IMG/VR virus record: IMGVR_UViG_3300044691_000366
Span: 3,174 to 67,173 of that record
DNA from: a virus
DNA length: 64,000 nucleotides
Reading direction: 5' to 3' (one strand)
Positions 27,808-36,424 of this stretch are shown piece after piece (position 1 is the stretch's first letter; every line of letters starts with the position of its first letter). The notes below the pieces were generated by a model. It had not been told where the DNA came from. It searched no databases and worked only from the letters and a program-made list of their open reading frames with translations. A program made the position numbers and the translations under genes.

Positions 27808-30192
27808 TCACGCCGCTGTCAGAATGGTCTTGAGTTCGCGCATCACGGCGCCAGGCAGTTCTTCCAGGGTCCGCAGCACAGCGAACTTCGGATAGAAGCG
27901 CCGAACGCTGTCATCCATGATGCCGATGCCGACCAGGTCGATCCGCATCTTCTTCGCGTCCAGAACCGCGCGATGCAGATCAGCCTCGATCTCGTGCGGG
28001 AAGCTGCTCTCGCAGGCGGGACTGCCGTCCGACAACACGATCATCACCTTGCGAACTTCGCGACGCATCGCGAGCCGACTACCCGCGATCCGGACGCATT
28101 CGCCGTCGATGTTCTGGTGCAGGCGCAGATGACCGGCGCTGGGCATCGCAAAGCGACGCTTGACCTCGGGTGTCAGCCGTTCGTCGAAGGTCTTGTAGAT
28201 CGGGACGTAGAGCGGCTCGACCCGCGTGAAATCCTTGCCGATGCGCGCAGCTTCCGCGGCGACTTCGACATGATCAGGAGCGGGATCGGTAGCGCCATAT
28301 CTGCCGTAGGGCAGGGTAGTAAAGCCCAGAACCTCGTGCTTGATGCCGACCCGCTCCAGGGTCTGCGACAGCGCGAAGCCCGCTTTCATGGCGACGGCGA
28401 TAGGGGTATCTGTTGCGCCGCGTCCGCCGTGTCTCATTGACCCGGAATTATCGATCAGCAGGGTGACGGCCGTCTCCTTCGACTTGTGCTCCTGCTTGCG
28501 GCGGAACACCCGATCGTCGTTGATGGTCAGGCGGTGAAGGGATCCAGCGTGTAGCCGGCCCGATCGAAACCCAGGCACCTTGATGACCTGGCTGCGCGAT
28601 GCCATCATGCGCTCGATGTCCTTTTGCATCGGCGCGACCATGTGATTGGTGTCGTCTTCCATGCGCTTGACGACGCTGGCGGACAACATCGAGGTATCCT
28701 TGACGATCTCGACCTTGTCGAACTCGCGGGTGTAGACCCGGTAATCCGAATCGAGGGCGTCGGCCGTTGCGATCTCGGTCAGGACTTCGGCGATCGCGTC
28801 GCCCAGATCCGTATCCGAGAGGTCTATTTCCGCTTCACTGAACGGCGTGCATTTGCGGCCGGCTGCAGTTTCGTCGCTTTCACCCGGCTCATCGTCGTCG
28901 GCACCATCCGAACCGTCACCAGGCTCGTCGTCCGAATCACCATCGCCTTCAGCATCATCGGCCCCATCGTCAGCGTCCGAGCCGCCTTCATCGGCTTCCG
29001 CGTCGCCGTCAGGCGCGTCACCCGCATCCTCGTCAGGCCCGCCATCGCCGTCGCCGGCTTCATCATCACCGGTCGACTCGGGCTTCGTGCCCTCGGCGTC
29101 ATCCTCGCCATCGCCTTCATCTCCAGCAGGTTCATGGTCGCCGTCATCGGCTGGATCTTCCGCTTCGGCGGGTTCGTCGCCCTCGGCGTCGTCAGGATCT
29201 TTCGACCCCTCTTTGGGCTTTTCCTTTGTCGGTTCATCATCTTCACCTTCAGGCTTGGTCTCGTCTTTTTCACCGCCGGAACCTTTGTCCTCGTCGTCCT
29301 CGGGCTTCTCCGGGTTCGAACCTTCGCCGTCCTGCTTTTCATCGGACTTCTCATCCGATTTGCTATCGTCGCCAGGCTCGTCGCTCGGCTTGCCTGCCGG
29401 CGGCGGAGGGGGCGGGGGAGGCGGCGCCGGATGCAGGATCTTGTAATACTCCTCGGCGATCGTCAGTGTGTCGGCGGTGCTCTTGAGCCGCGGCATGCGC
29501 TCGATGTCGGCGGCCGACATCGCTTTAGCGAAGGCTGCGACCAGCGGGTGCGCCCACAGATTGTTATCGTTCATGAAGCGCTGGAAGATCGGCTGACCAG
29601 ACCAGGCGCGCGTCATCGGCACCATGATCGCGCTAAACGATTCCTCGTCGGTCCTGGCCTTCTCGATCGCGGGCAGAGCGACCCGTGCCAGAAACATTTC
29701 GTGCAGTTTTTCGAGGTTGTAGGCCGAACCCTTGAACTGGTTCGACATCATCCGCTCCTCGTAGGGATCCTCGACGATATTGTGGAGCTGATGCAGCTCG
29801 GCGATCGCGACCTTGTCGCTCTGCTTTGAGACCTTCGCCAGCTTTAGCGCGGTCGACTCCTTGAGCCGGCCCATCTCGGGGCTCATGTCGGTATGGAGAA
29901 TGTGACCGACTTCGTGATCGATGAAGCCCTGGATCGCCATCAGGAAGACGTCGTCAGCATCGTCCGGGATATGCGGAATGTTGACGCGATTGACCTTGCC
30001 CGTTCGCGGGTCGTGGGCGACGTAGGCCTGCGCGCCAATCTGGGTGACGCGAAGGCCTTTGCCGGCAATCATCGGGGTGAGCTTTACGATAACCTCGCGA
30101 AGCAGCGCGACCTTCGGGTTGATTGTCCCGACTGTCGGCTTGGCTACTGCTTCGGCCGATCTAAAGCTTGATCTCGATCTCGGTCGTCTCAT
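27808..30192 (-). CDS. cobT: CobT-like vWA protein with HExxH domain and long acidic linker
   Basis: DHEVGH, poly-Pro and D/E/G linker, MIDAS DNSGSM, LSDG. Confidence 0.88.
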   Translation of the reverse strand: MRRPRSRSSFRSAEAVAKPTVGTINPKVALLREVIVKLTPMIAGKGLRVTQIGAQAYVAHDPRTGKVNRVNIPHIPDDADDVFLMAIQGFIDHEVGHILHTDMSPEMGRLKESTALKLAKVSKQSDKVAIAELHQLHNIVEDPYEERMMSNQFKGSAYNLEKLHEMFLARVALPAIEKARTDEESFSAIMVPMTRAWSGQPIFQRFMNDNNLWAHPLVAAFAKAMSAADIERMPRLKSTADTLTIAEEYYKILHPAPPPPPPPPPAGKPSDEPGDDSKSDEKSDEKQDGEGSNPEKPEDDEDKGSGGEKDETKPEGEDDEPTKEKPKEGSKDPDDAEGDEPAEAEDPADDGDHEPAGDEGDGEDDAEGTKPESTGDDEAGDGDGGPDEDAGDAPDGDAEADEGGSDADDGADDAEGDGDSDDEPGDGSDGADDDEPGESDETAAGRKCTPFSEAEIDLSDTDLGDAIAEVLTEIATADALDSDYRVYTREFDKVEIVKDTSMLSASVVKRMEDDTNHMVAPMQKDIERMMASRSQVIKVPGFRSGRLHAGSLHRLTINDDRVFRRKQEHKSKETAVTLLIDNSGSMRHGGRGATDTPIAVAMKAGFALSQTLERVGIKHEVLGFTTLPYGRYGATDPAPDHVEVAAEAARIGKDFTRVEPLYVPIYKTFDERLTPEVKRRFAMPSAGHLRLHQNIDGECVRIAGSRLAMRREVRKVMIVLSDGSPACESSFPHEIEADLHRAVLDAKKMRIDLVGIGIMDDSVRRFYPKFAVLRTLEELPGAVMRELKTILTAA

Positions 30193-30207
30193 TATTCCCC
30201 GCCTTTA

Positions 30208-30221
30208 AGTCACGATTGACT
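30208..30221. promoter_or_regulatory. 14-bp palindromic operator upstream of cobT
   Basis: AGTCACGATTGACT. Confidence 0.8.
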
Positions 30222-30232
30222 GTAGTCAGAAA

Positions 30233-30484
30233 CTACAGCGAAGCGATATGGGAAACAACTGGGAGCAGCGCGGGAAGTAGTGCCCAGCCGCCCATCGCGG
30301 GCAGCAGCACATGGATAGGCCCATAGGCGGGGTGTCGGCCGCTGACGATCTTGATCGAGGGGGTTTCGTGAACGGCGCTGTCTTGCAGGTCGAGCGCGAT
30401 GGTGATGGCTTCTTCGTGACTTACATTAAGAATGGAGGAAAGCATATTCGGAGATCCGTTCTGCCGCCGCACGGGGCATGCCAT
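30233..30484 (-). CDS. Hypothetical protein (start uncertain)
   Basis: ORF between two operators. Confidence 0.45.
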   Translation of the reverse strand: MACPVRRQNGSPNMLSSILNVSHEEAITIALDLQDSAVHETPSIKIVSGRHPAYGPIHVLLPAMGGWALLPALLPVVSHIASL

Positions 30485-30489
30485 GAATA

Positions 30490-30503
30490 AGTAAACGTTG
30501 ACT
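30490..30503. promoter_or_regulatory. 14-bp palindromic operator
   Basis: AGTAAACGTTGACT. Confidence 0.78.
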
Positions 30504-30519
30504 GTAGGCTTAGGGCACG

Positions 30520-30555
30520 AAAAAGGCGCACACGCAATAGCGCAAGCGCCTTTTT
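30520..30555. terminator. Terminator after repressor gene, possibly bidirectional
   Basis: AAAAAGGCGC...GCGCCTTTTT. Confidence 0.75.
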
Positions 30556-30557
30556 CG

Positions 30558-31007
30558 CTAGTGGACGAGCGCGGACAGCGCCTTGTGGGTGCCGACCGGC
30601 GGCGCCGGATCGCTATCTTTGGTGACCTTGCGCCAAATATCGATCAGGGCCGATTCGTTTTTGGTGATGATATTGCCGAAGATCTCCTGAACCGCCTGAA
30701 GTTCCTCGGGCCAATGCTGCACCATGACCAGGCGCATCAGCAGCGCCGGATCAACGCCGAGCGATCGCGCCAGTTGCGGCACTTTCGGGATCGGCACTTT
30801 CACTTCTTCGCGGCGGAACATGGAAACCATATTCGGCATCTTGTAACCCAGCTCTTCGGCAATGATCTTCTGGGTTCGCCCCATCGACGCCTGGATGTCG
30901 AGGTGCTTGGAAATAAATTCCGCAACGGTAATGCGGCTATGCGCGTCGGACCCTGCGGTCCTTGCGGTAGATTTTTTCATGTCTACGTCCTCGTGGTGGA
31001 TACTCAT
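30558..31007 (-). CDS. XRE-family HTH regulator, candidate immunity repressor
   Basis: TQKIIAEELGY..PNMVSMF....VKVPI.KVP.LARSLGVDP; monocistronic, operator upstream. Confidence 0.8.
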   Translation of the reverse strand: MSIHHEDVDMKKSTARTAGSDAHSRITVAEFISKHLDIQASMGRTQKIIAEELGYKMPNMVSMFRREEVKVPIPKVPQLARSLGVDPALLMRLVMVQHWPEELQAVQEIFGNIITKNESALIDIWRKVTKDSDPAPPVGTHKALSALVH

Positions 31008-31094
31008 CTAACTCAAAACCTTCTTCTGTTGTCCTTGTGTGTGCGTTGCTCAACTGAGCACGATAGAGATATAGCAGCGCATCAAAGGGACAGA

Positions 31095-31108
31095 AGTCAA
31101 TTCTTACT
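31095..31108. promoter_or_regulatory. 14-bp palindromic operator next to the repressor promoter
   Basis: AGTCAATTCTTACT; promoter motif variant at 31070-31091. Confidence 0.78.
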
Positions 31109-31374
31109 TTGCTTATTTGGGAGTTTCGGGCTGGAGTCAAGCATCTTTTAACCAATTGTGTTTATTAGGTTCGAAATATCAAAGCCATATCAATGGCTTA
31201 CAGGCAAAATATTCCATAATGAAGGTTATGCGAATCGGCTTTGCCGTTCAACCTTGACTGTCTGAACCAGGCTGTGACCTGGTTTCGCGGTCAGAATACC
31301 AGGCTACAGCCTAACCCCTATGCGACTCAACTCGAATCGGTCATGACTCGTGGCGCAACGAGTCGGAGCCCTCA

Positions 31375-31578
31375 ATGGATACCGGAAATCACGACCGCGT
31401 CCGCAAGATGCGGCAGAACCGCAAGAAGGCGGGCTTCACCGAGACGAACGTGTGGATCCCGAGTGAAGTGCGTCAGGCGATCGACCAAAAGATAGTCGAA
31501 GGTGAGTTCCCGACCCGTCGCATGGCTATTATTCACGCTTTGGAAAAGGCTTACAAACCAACGAAAACAGAGGCTTAG
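31375..31578 (+). CDS. Small ribbon-helix-helix (CopG-like) protein
   Basis: SD GGAG; TNVWIPSEVRQAIDQKI...TRRMAIIHAL. Confidence 0.75.
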   Translation: MDTGNHDRVRKMRQNRKKAGFTETNVWIPSEVRQAIDQKIVEGEFPTRRMAIIHALEKAYKPTKTEA

Positions 31579-31579
31579 A

Positions 31580-31657
31580 CAAGCAAAAGCCCCGCTGAGT
31601 TTGCCGCTCAGCAGGGCTTTCGGGTCTTGGAAGGCGTAAGAGGGGCCTTGAAACACC
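31580..31657 (-). ncRNA. Counter-transcribed RNA (ctRNA) upstream of repC
   Basis: Minus-strand TTGACA (31691-31686)-N17-CATAAG (31668-31663); terminator hairpin 31586-31620 with U-tail; same position as repABC ctRNAs. Confidence 0.72.
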
Positions 31658-31741
31658 CCCTCCTTATGCCCTCCCAGAATCAAAGTGTCAATAACGCCGC
31701 TTTGGCGATCGCCCGCGCTTGTCCAAATTTTGGGGAAGATC

Positions 31742-32902
31742 ATGCGAACGGCTCTTTCGGGAGGCCGGCCGACGTCGGCTGCTGCCTTGGAGGCACGACA
31801 ACACCAGCTCGACGCCGAGCGCCAGGTCACGCGCAAGGAACTGTCGATGGCTGGGCGCGACGCCATGCGCGGGCTCAATCTTCGCGCCAACGACCGCCTC
31901 CTCCTGGGCGAGCTGATCGGCTGCTGGGGTGAGCGCATGGTCAATGACCGGATCATGGTCCACCCCTCGAACGAATACCTGGTGGCCCGCACTGGTCTGT
32001 CCGAGCGCCAGGTCCGCTATGGGATGCGGCGCCTGGTCGAGGAGAAGCTGGTGATCCCGAAGGACTCCGCCAACGGCAAGCGCTTCGTGGTCAAGAACCG
32101 GGCCGGCTCGATCGTCGACGTCTACGGCTTCGACCTGACCCCGGTGTTTGCGCGCCGCGGCGAGTGGTTCACGCTGGTCGCTGCCCAGGAAGCGCAGCGC
32201 GAGGCCAGGGCGCGTCTGTTCGACGAGGTGACAATCTGCCGGCGTGCGATCGAGGAGGTCGTCAGCGCCCTCGCCCGCCTGAGCAACGAGCGCTTTCAGG
32301 TCGATCTCGATCTCGAGGAACTGGCCGCGCGCACGCCGCGCCGGAATCTGACCGTTCATGAAGGCGTGCTGGCGCTGCTCGTCGACGCCTGGCGATCGCT
32401 GCGCGAGGTTGCCGAGGAAACCTACTACCAGGCCGCCTCTGGCGGCAAACTGTGCCCTCACATTGAATCAAAGCCCCCTGGTCTATTAGATAAAACCTTG
32501 GAACAAGAAGCTTCCAACGAAGCTGGGGGCGTAGAAGAACCTTCTCCGATCGCGAGCAATGCGCCCGTCGAGCTGGTAGTCGAAGCATGTCCTTCTCTTT
32601 TGGAGTTTGTCGAGAGGCCGCGAACCGAGGTTGATCTGGTCGCCGCCGGGCGGTATTTGCGGTCATCGCTCGGGGCGTCGGGCGATGTCTGGGACGAAGC
32701 ATGCAAGGCGCTGGGGCCGGTCAATGCCGCCGCGGCCGTCTGCCTGGTGTTCCAGCTCTACAACGACGACGTTTCCTCGGAGGAGCCCAAGATCCGTAAT
32801 CCGGGCGGCTACCTTCGCGCCATGGTCCGGACGTTCAAGGACGGCCGGTCGAACGTGCGCCGCGAGTTGATGACGATGATCCGAAAACGGGAGCGACAAT
32901 GA
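31742..32902 (+). CDS. repC: RepC plasmid replication initiator (repABC/repC family)
   Basis: VHPSNEYL, KDSANGKRF, YGFDLTP, VVEACP, IRNPGGYLR; AT-richer mid-gene patch with GANTC near 32465. Confidence 0.93.
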   Translation: MRTALSGGRPTSAAALEARQHQLDAERQVTRKELSMAGRDAMRGLNLRANDRLLLGELIGCWGERMVNDRIMVHPSNEYLVARTGLSERQVRYGMRRLVEEKLVIPKDSANGKRFVVKNRAGSIVDVYGFDLTPVFARRGEWFTLVAAQEAQREARARLFDEVTICRRAIEEVVSALARLSNERFQVDLDLEELAARTPRRNLTVHEGVLALLVDAWRSLREVAEETYYQAASGGKLCPHIESKPPGLLDKTLEQEASNEAGGVEEPSPIASNAPVELVVEACPSLLEFVERPRTEVDLVAAGRYLRSSLGASGDVWDEACKALGPVNAAAAVCLVFQLYNDDVSSEEPKIRNPGGYLRAMVRTFKDGRSNVRRELMTMIRKRERQ

Positions 32903-33660
32903 AGCCGTTAGGTTTTTACAACCCGCGAACGGCCGCGGTTGTTCGGAACACGGCAAAGCGAAACAAGATGCGCGACCGGCATTTCGACCGATTCGTCGGC
33001 CCACTGATCGAGCAGGCCTATGACGAAGGCGTGGTCTATTTTGGGCAACTGGCCGATTGGCTCAACAGTCGCCCTGTTCGCACCTGGAAAAACGAAGTCT
33101 GGACCAGGAGTCGGATCAAGGAAGCATTCCGGCGCCAGCGTATTCGTCTCGCGCTGAAGTATCCGGTCGGTTTACCCACCTGCCCTGTCTGCGGCAGGAT
33201 CGATCGCGTCGGCTGCGAAACCCAGGCGACCTGGTGCTATCCTGATTTTCGGATCAAGGGAACGACCAAGCCTCGCGTGTATAAGGCCCGCCCGATGCCA
33301 CCGCCTCGGCAGATGCTGATCGCGCAAGAGGAGGAATGGCGCCGGGTCGACGCGCTTAAAATCGGGATTTCAAGCCGCGGCCGAGTTCGTAGGCGACGGC
33401 TTTTGGAACCGAAGGTTGGGCTGGATGGGCATTTATACGTCGAAGTCGATGGCTTTCGGTATTTCGTCGCCTATCTCGTGACGACAATCTTTCATGGACC
33501 GCGGGTCGGAGCCGAGACCATTCACTTCATCGACGGCGATTATGGCAATGCTTGTGCCGCAAATCTCGGCTGGGGCAAAGCTCGGCGGAAACGGTTGGCG
33601 CTGCCGGCGCCGCGGCCTGTGAGCGATATTGACCAGACGCTGAAATTGGGTTCAAGCTAG
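32899..33660 (+). CDS. Recombinase-type HTH fused to a degenerate NUMOD4/HNH domain
   Basis: QLADWLNSRPVRTWKNEVWT; EEWRRV...ISSRGRV...IHFIDGDYGNACAANLGW; ATGA-coupled to repC. Confidence 0.6.
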   Translation: MKPLGFYNPRTAAVVRNTAKRNKMRDRHFDRFVGPLIEQAYDEGVVYFGQLADWLNSRPVRTWKNEVWTRSRIKEAFRRQRIRLALKYPVGLPTCPVCGRIDRVGCETQATWCYPDFRIKGTTKPRVYKARPMPPPRQMLIAQEEEWRRVDALKIGISSRGRVRRRRLLEPKVGLDGHLYVEVDGFRYFVAYLVTTIFHGPRVGAETIHFIDGDYGNACAANLGWGKARRKRLALPAPRPVSDIDQTLKLGSS

Positions 33661-33687
33661 GGTTGCGCCCTGAGAGAGCGCAACGAA

Positions 33688-33732
33688 CAAAGGCGGCCCG
33701 TGTCTCCACCGCGTTGGCACGGGCCGCCTTTG
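33688..33732. terminator. Terminator between convergent units
   Basis: CAAAGGCGGCCCGTG / CACGGGCCGCCTTTG 15-bp perfect stem. Confidence 0.8.
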
Positions 33733-33733
33733 A

Positions 33734-33811
33734 TCAACCCTTGCGGGCCGCCCAGACGACTGAGGCGGTGCCGACCAGGATCAGGAAACTCATAACTCCG
33801 AACTCAATCAT
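33734..33811 (-). CDS. 25-aa hydrophobic peptide MIEFGVMSFLILVGTASVVWAARKG
   Basis: Strong SD GGAGG, single TM, basic tail; not in ORF track. Confidence 0.55.
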   Translation of the reverse strand: MIEFGVMSFLILVGTASVVWAARKG

Positions 33812-33838
33812 TGAAACCTCCTTGAGGACGGCTGACAA

Positions 33839-34045
33839 TCAGCCGACAGTGAACTTGGTGACCTTGGAATCCTTGTCGACCCAGACATTCAGCCGATCGG
33901 GCTCGACGTCGATATTTCCCGAGATGCCGTTGCTGGGGTCCAGGACGTTGACTGAATGGTGCTGCGCGTGGGCCGCAAGCTCGATCGCGTCCTCGACGAA
34001 GCGCAATTCTTTGCCCTTGAAGGCGGCGAAGGGTGCGAGGTTCAT
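33839..34045 (-). CDS. Peptidase inhibitor I78-like protein
   Basis: C-terminal DVEPDRLNVWVDKDSKVTKFTVG matches the D..PDRLNV..D....V....G pattern. Confidence 0.65.
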   Translation of the reverse strand: MNLAPFAAFKGKELRFVEDAIELAAHAQHHSVNVLDPSNGISGNIDVEPDRLNVWVDKDSKVTKFTVG

Positions 34046-34068
34046 TGTGCGACCTGACGTTAGAGAAT

Positions 34069-34144
34069 TGGTTGCAGGGGCGGGATTTGAACCCGCGGTG
34101 GTCGGTTATGAGCCGAGTGCCTTACCGGACTTGGCGACCCTGCT
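34069..34144 (-). tRNA. tRNA-Met(CAT), initiator-like, CCA encoded
   Basis: AGCAGGG acceptor, anticodon loop CTCATAA, T-loop GGTTCAAATCC, 3' ACCA. Confidence 0.9.
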
Positions 34145-34205
34145 AAAAGTTTGAGCCCCTTCCCGCAGGAGAGGGACACCCGGAGCCGTAGCTCCGGGTC
34201 TTTGG

Positions 34206-34946
34206 TTACGAAATCGCGCCCGTGCTCACCAAGGCAACCCAGGTGCTGCCGAGATACTTGAGTTTGGCGAACTTGCCGACCGTGTCGAGCGTCAGCTTGG
34301 TTCCGCCAACGAACGCGCCATTGATCTGCGCGTTGGAGCCGGCGCCCTTGGACGCAAGGTAGAAAGTCGTCTCCTGGCCTTCCCCGCCGATCGGCAGGTC
34401 GAACTCGGTGACGGTGGTGCCGGCGACGGTCGACAGCGCCTTGGTCTCGGCGTCGAGATCGAGCTTGTCGGCGTCCGTGCCGCCCGTGAGGGTCGCAGCC
34501 GAAACGGTCGCGTTGGCTGAAACTTCAGCCAGCGTGAAGAGGTTGCCATCGGCGCCGTAGTTAACGGCGAGGACATGAAGCTTGGTGCCACCCACGTTCG
34601 AGTAGGTCGCGTAGCCCAGCACCTTCGGCACGATCACCGCGGGAACAGCGGACAGACCGGCAGCAATCGCCGCATTCTCGACAACGAGAGCCGCCGCGAT
34701 CGAGGCGACCAGCGCGTCGATGGACAGGGTCAGCGAAACGCCGATGTTGAATTCGTTGGCGACGGCGCCGGCAGCGCGGGCGGTGAAGGTGTGGCCCTTC
34801 AGAACGAAGGTCTCGCCTGCAGCGGGCTGTGCCGTGAAGGTGATGTCGCCGAGCGCCTGGCGCTTGCCGCCCAGCGGGGCGGACTGGACCTGGCCGGCAG
34901 CCAGCTCGCGGGTCTTCGACGGGTAGAGGAAGTTAATCTTGTTCAT
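34206..34946 (-). CDS. Probable virion structural/decoration protein
   Basis: A/G/T-rich beta-type sequence, TLTGGTD motif, own promoter and operator. Confidence 0.6.
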   Translation of the reverse strand: MNKINFLYPSKTRELAAGQVQSAPLGGKRQALGDITFTAQPAAGETFVLKGHTFTARAAGAVANEFNIGVSLTLSIDALVASIAAALVVENAAIAAGLSAVPAVIVPKVLGYATYSNVGGTKLHVLAVNYGADGNLFTLAEVSANATVSAATLTGGTDADKLDLDAETKALSTVAGTTVTEFDLPIGGEGQETTFYLASKGAGSNAQINGAFVGGTKLTLDTVGKFAKLKYLGSTWVALVSTGAIS

Positions 34947-34978
34947 CGTATCGGCCTCCCAAAGGGCTATTCGAGTTC

Positions 34979-34992
34979 AGTCAACATTGACT
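34979..34992. promoter_or_regulatory. 14-bp palindromic operator
   Basis: AGTCAACATTGACT abutting TATAGC. Confidence 0.82.
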
Positions 34993-35012
34993 ATAGCAGG
35001 AAACCCCTGGAG

Positions 35013-35050
35013 AAAAAAGGGGCGACGCCGAAATTTTGGACGCCGCCCCT
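35013..35050 (-). terminator. Intrinsic terminator of the ligase operon
   Basis: AGGGGCGGCG stem and T6. Confidence 0.8.
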
Positions 35051-35080
35051 GCACACAACAGAGGAATTGGGCTAGGCCCA

Positions 35081-35094
35081 AGTCAATTTTGACT
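35081..35094. promoter_or_regulatory. 14-bp palindromic operator
   Basis: AGTCAATTTTGACT. Confidence 0.78.
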
Positions 35095-35318
35095 TACTTT
35101 TGACCGCAAAGCAAGGTGTCATTCACCTGAAGCGGGAAACCGACCTTGGGAATCTGAGCCTCGGCCTTCCTGGCGCGGGCCAGGAGTTCGTTATTGTGGA
35201 CCAGGAGTTCCAGGTTGCGGATCTCCAGCTCGATGACGCGCTTCTCGAACATCTCCTGAGCGATACCCTTGCGGATCAGGCGGTCGGCTTCCTCGATGCC
35301 TCCTTGAAAGGGTGCCAT
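35094..35318 (-). CDS. Small coiled-coil hypothetical protein
   Basis: TGATG-coupled to ligase. Confidence 0.5.
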   Translation of the reverse strand: MAPFQGGIEEADRLIRKGIAQEMFEKRVIELEIRNLELLVHNNELLARARKAEAQIPKVGFPLQVNDTLLCGQK

Positions 35319-36424
35319 CAGTCCACTCTCCCCGTCGGACCCTGGAAGTCGATCGCGACCGGGAAGCGCAGCATGCCGTCCGGCGTCTCGCCGAAGTATC
35401 GGATCGTCGCCGACTTGCAGAGATCGGCGCGCGCGAGCAGGTTCTTGGCGAAGTCCTGGGTGCCGCGCATGCCGGCGCCGCACTCCTGGCCGTTTGGCAG
35501 CTTAATGACGATGCGCTTGGCGTAGCCGGCCCAGTTGCCGAGACCTTCCTCGATGCGAATGACCGGGAACTCAGCCGTCGTGAACTCCTTGCGCTTGAGC
35601 AGCGACTTGGAGCGGGTGTCGAACTCGTAGGGCAGATTGAGGCGCACCATCTGGCCTTCGTAGCCGGCCTCGGTGTATTCGCCGTTCAGCTCGTCGAGCC
35701 GCGCCTGGTTGCCGACTTCGTGGGTCGGCACCATGACGATGTGGGGCGACTTGATTTCGTCGAACAGATCCATCAGAGCGAAGGTCCGCTTAATGAACGG
35801 CAGCTCGCCGCGACTCGGCAGATCGTAAACGTGATACTGGATCAGCTTCGCGGCCTCAGCCCGCTGTTCCTCGGTCGGCTTCTGCTTGCGCACCACCGAA
35901 ACGATCTTGTTGAAGTCTTCCTTCAGATCGTGATTGTAGAACTCGCCATCGAGCATCGTGTCGGGATACAGGGCGAACATCGGCGCCAGAGCGGCGAGAA
36001 TGTGGTCGCAATTGTAATGCGGCTGAAGTTCGCGGCTGAATGCACCGAACCGGGTGATGATCGCACGAATGCCATCGAGCTTCGGCTGCGAAGCGACCGG
36101 GAACGTGACCGGCTTCTTGAGCTTGTCGTAGGAGGCGGCGAGCATCGGGCCGACCGGGACGCTGTCCAACTCGGCGATCGTGATGCGGTATTCGCGCTTG
36201 AGCTTCTTGCCTTCGTCGGCAATTGCCTCGGCGTGCGCCTGTTCCTGGGCGGTCGTTTCGTTCGCCCTGCCCTCGTTCTTGGGCAGACACTTGGTCCAGC
36301 CGGTGGTGACGAGATTGCCACCCATGATGCCGGCGATGGTGCGGTAACTTTCGTCCCCGACCTCGTATTGCCAGGTCCGGGTCTTGCCGGAGGTGTCGCG
36401 CTTGTAGATCGGGCTCGAAATCAT
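35318..36424 (-). CDS. ATP-dependent DNA ligase
   Basis: QPKLDGIRA, LDGEFY, YHVYD, GYEGQMVR, LLKRK, LRFPV. Confidence 0.93.
   Translation of the reverse strand: MISSPIYKRDTSGKTRTWQYEVGDESYRTIAGIMGGNLVTTGWTKCLPKNEGRANETTAQEQAHAEAIADEGKKLKREYRITIAELDSVPVGPMLAASYDKLKKPVTFPVASQPKLDGIRAIITRFGAFSRELQPHYNCDHILAALAPMFALYPDTMLDGEFYNHDLKEDFNKIVSVVRKQKPTEEQRAEAAKLIQYHVYDLPSRGELPFIKRTFALMDLFDEIKSPHIVMVPTHEVGNQARLDELNGEYTEAGYEGQMVRLNLPYEFDTRSKSLLKRKEFTTAEFPVIRIEEGLGNWAGYAKRIVIKLPNGQECGAGMRGTQDFAKNLLARADLCKSATIRYFGETPDGMLRFPVAIDFQGPTGRVD

Noticed and set aside
31140-31230. CtrA boxes in the AT-rich control region
   Set aside because: No convincing TTAA-N7-TTAA match
34069-34144. tRNA as a prophage attachment boundary
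   Set aside because: Phage genes and operators continue on both sides; no integrase or duplicated tRNA 3' end seen
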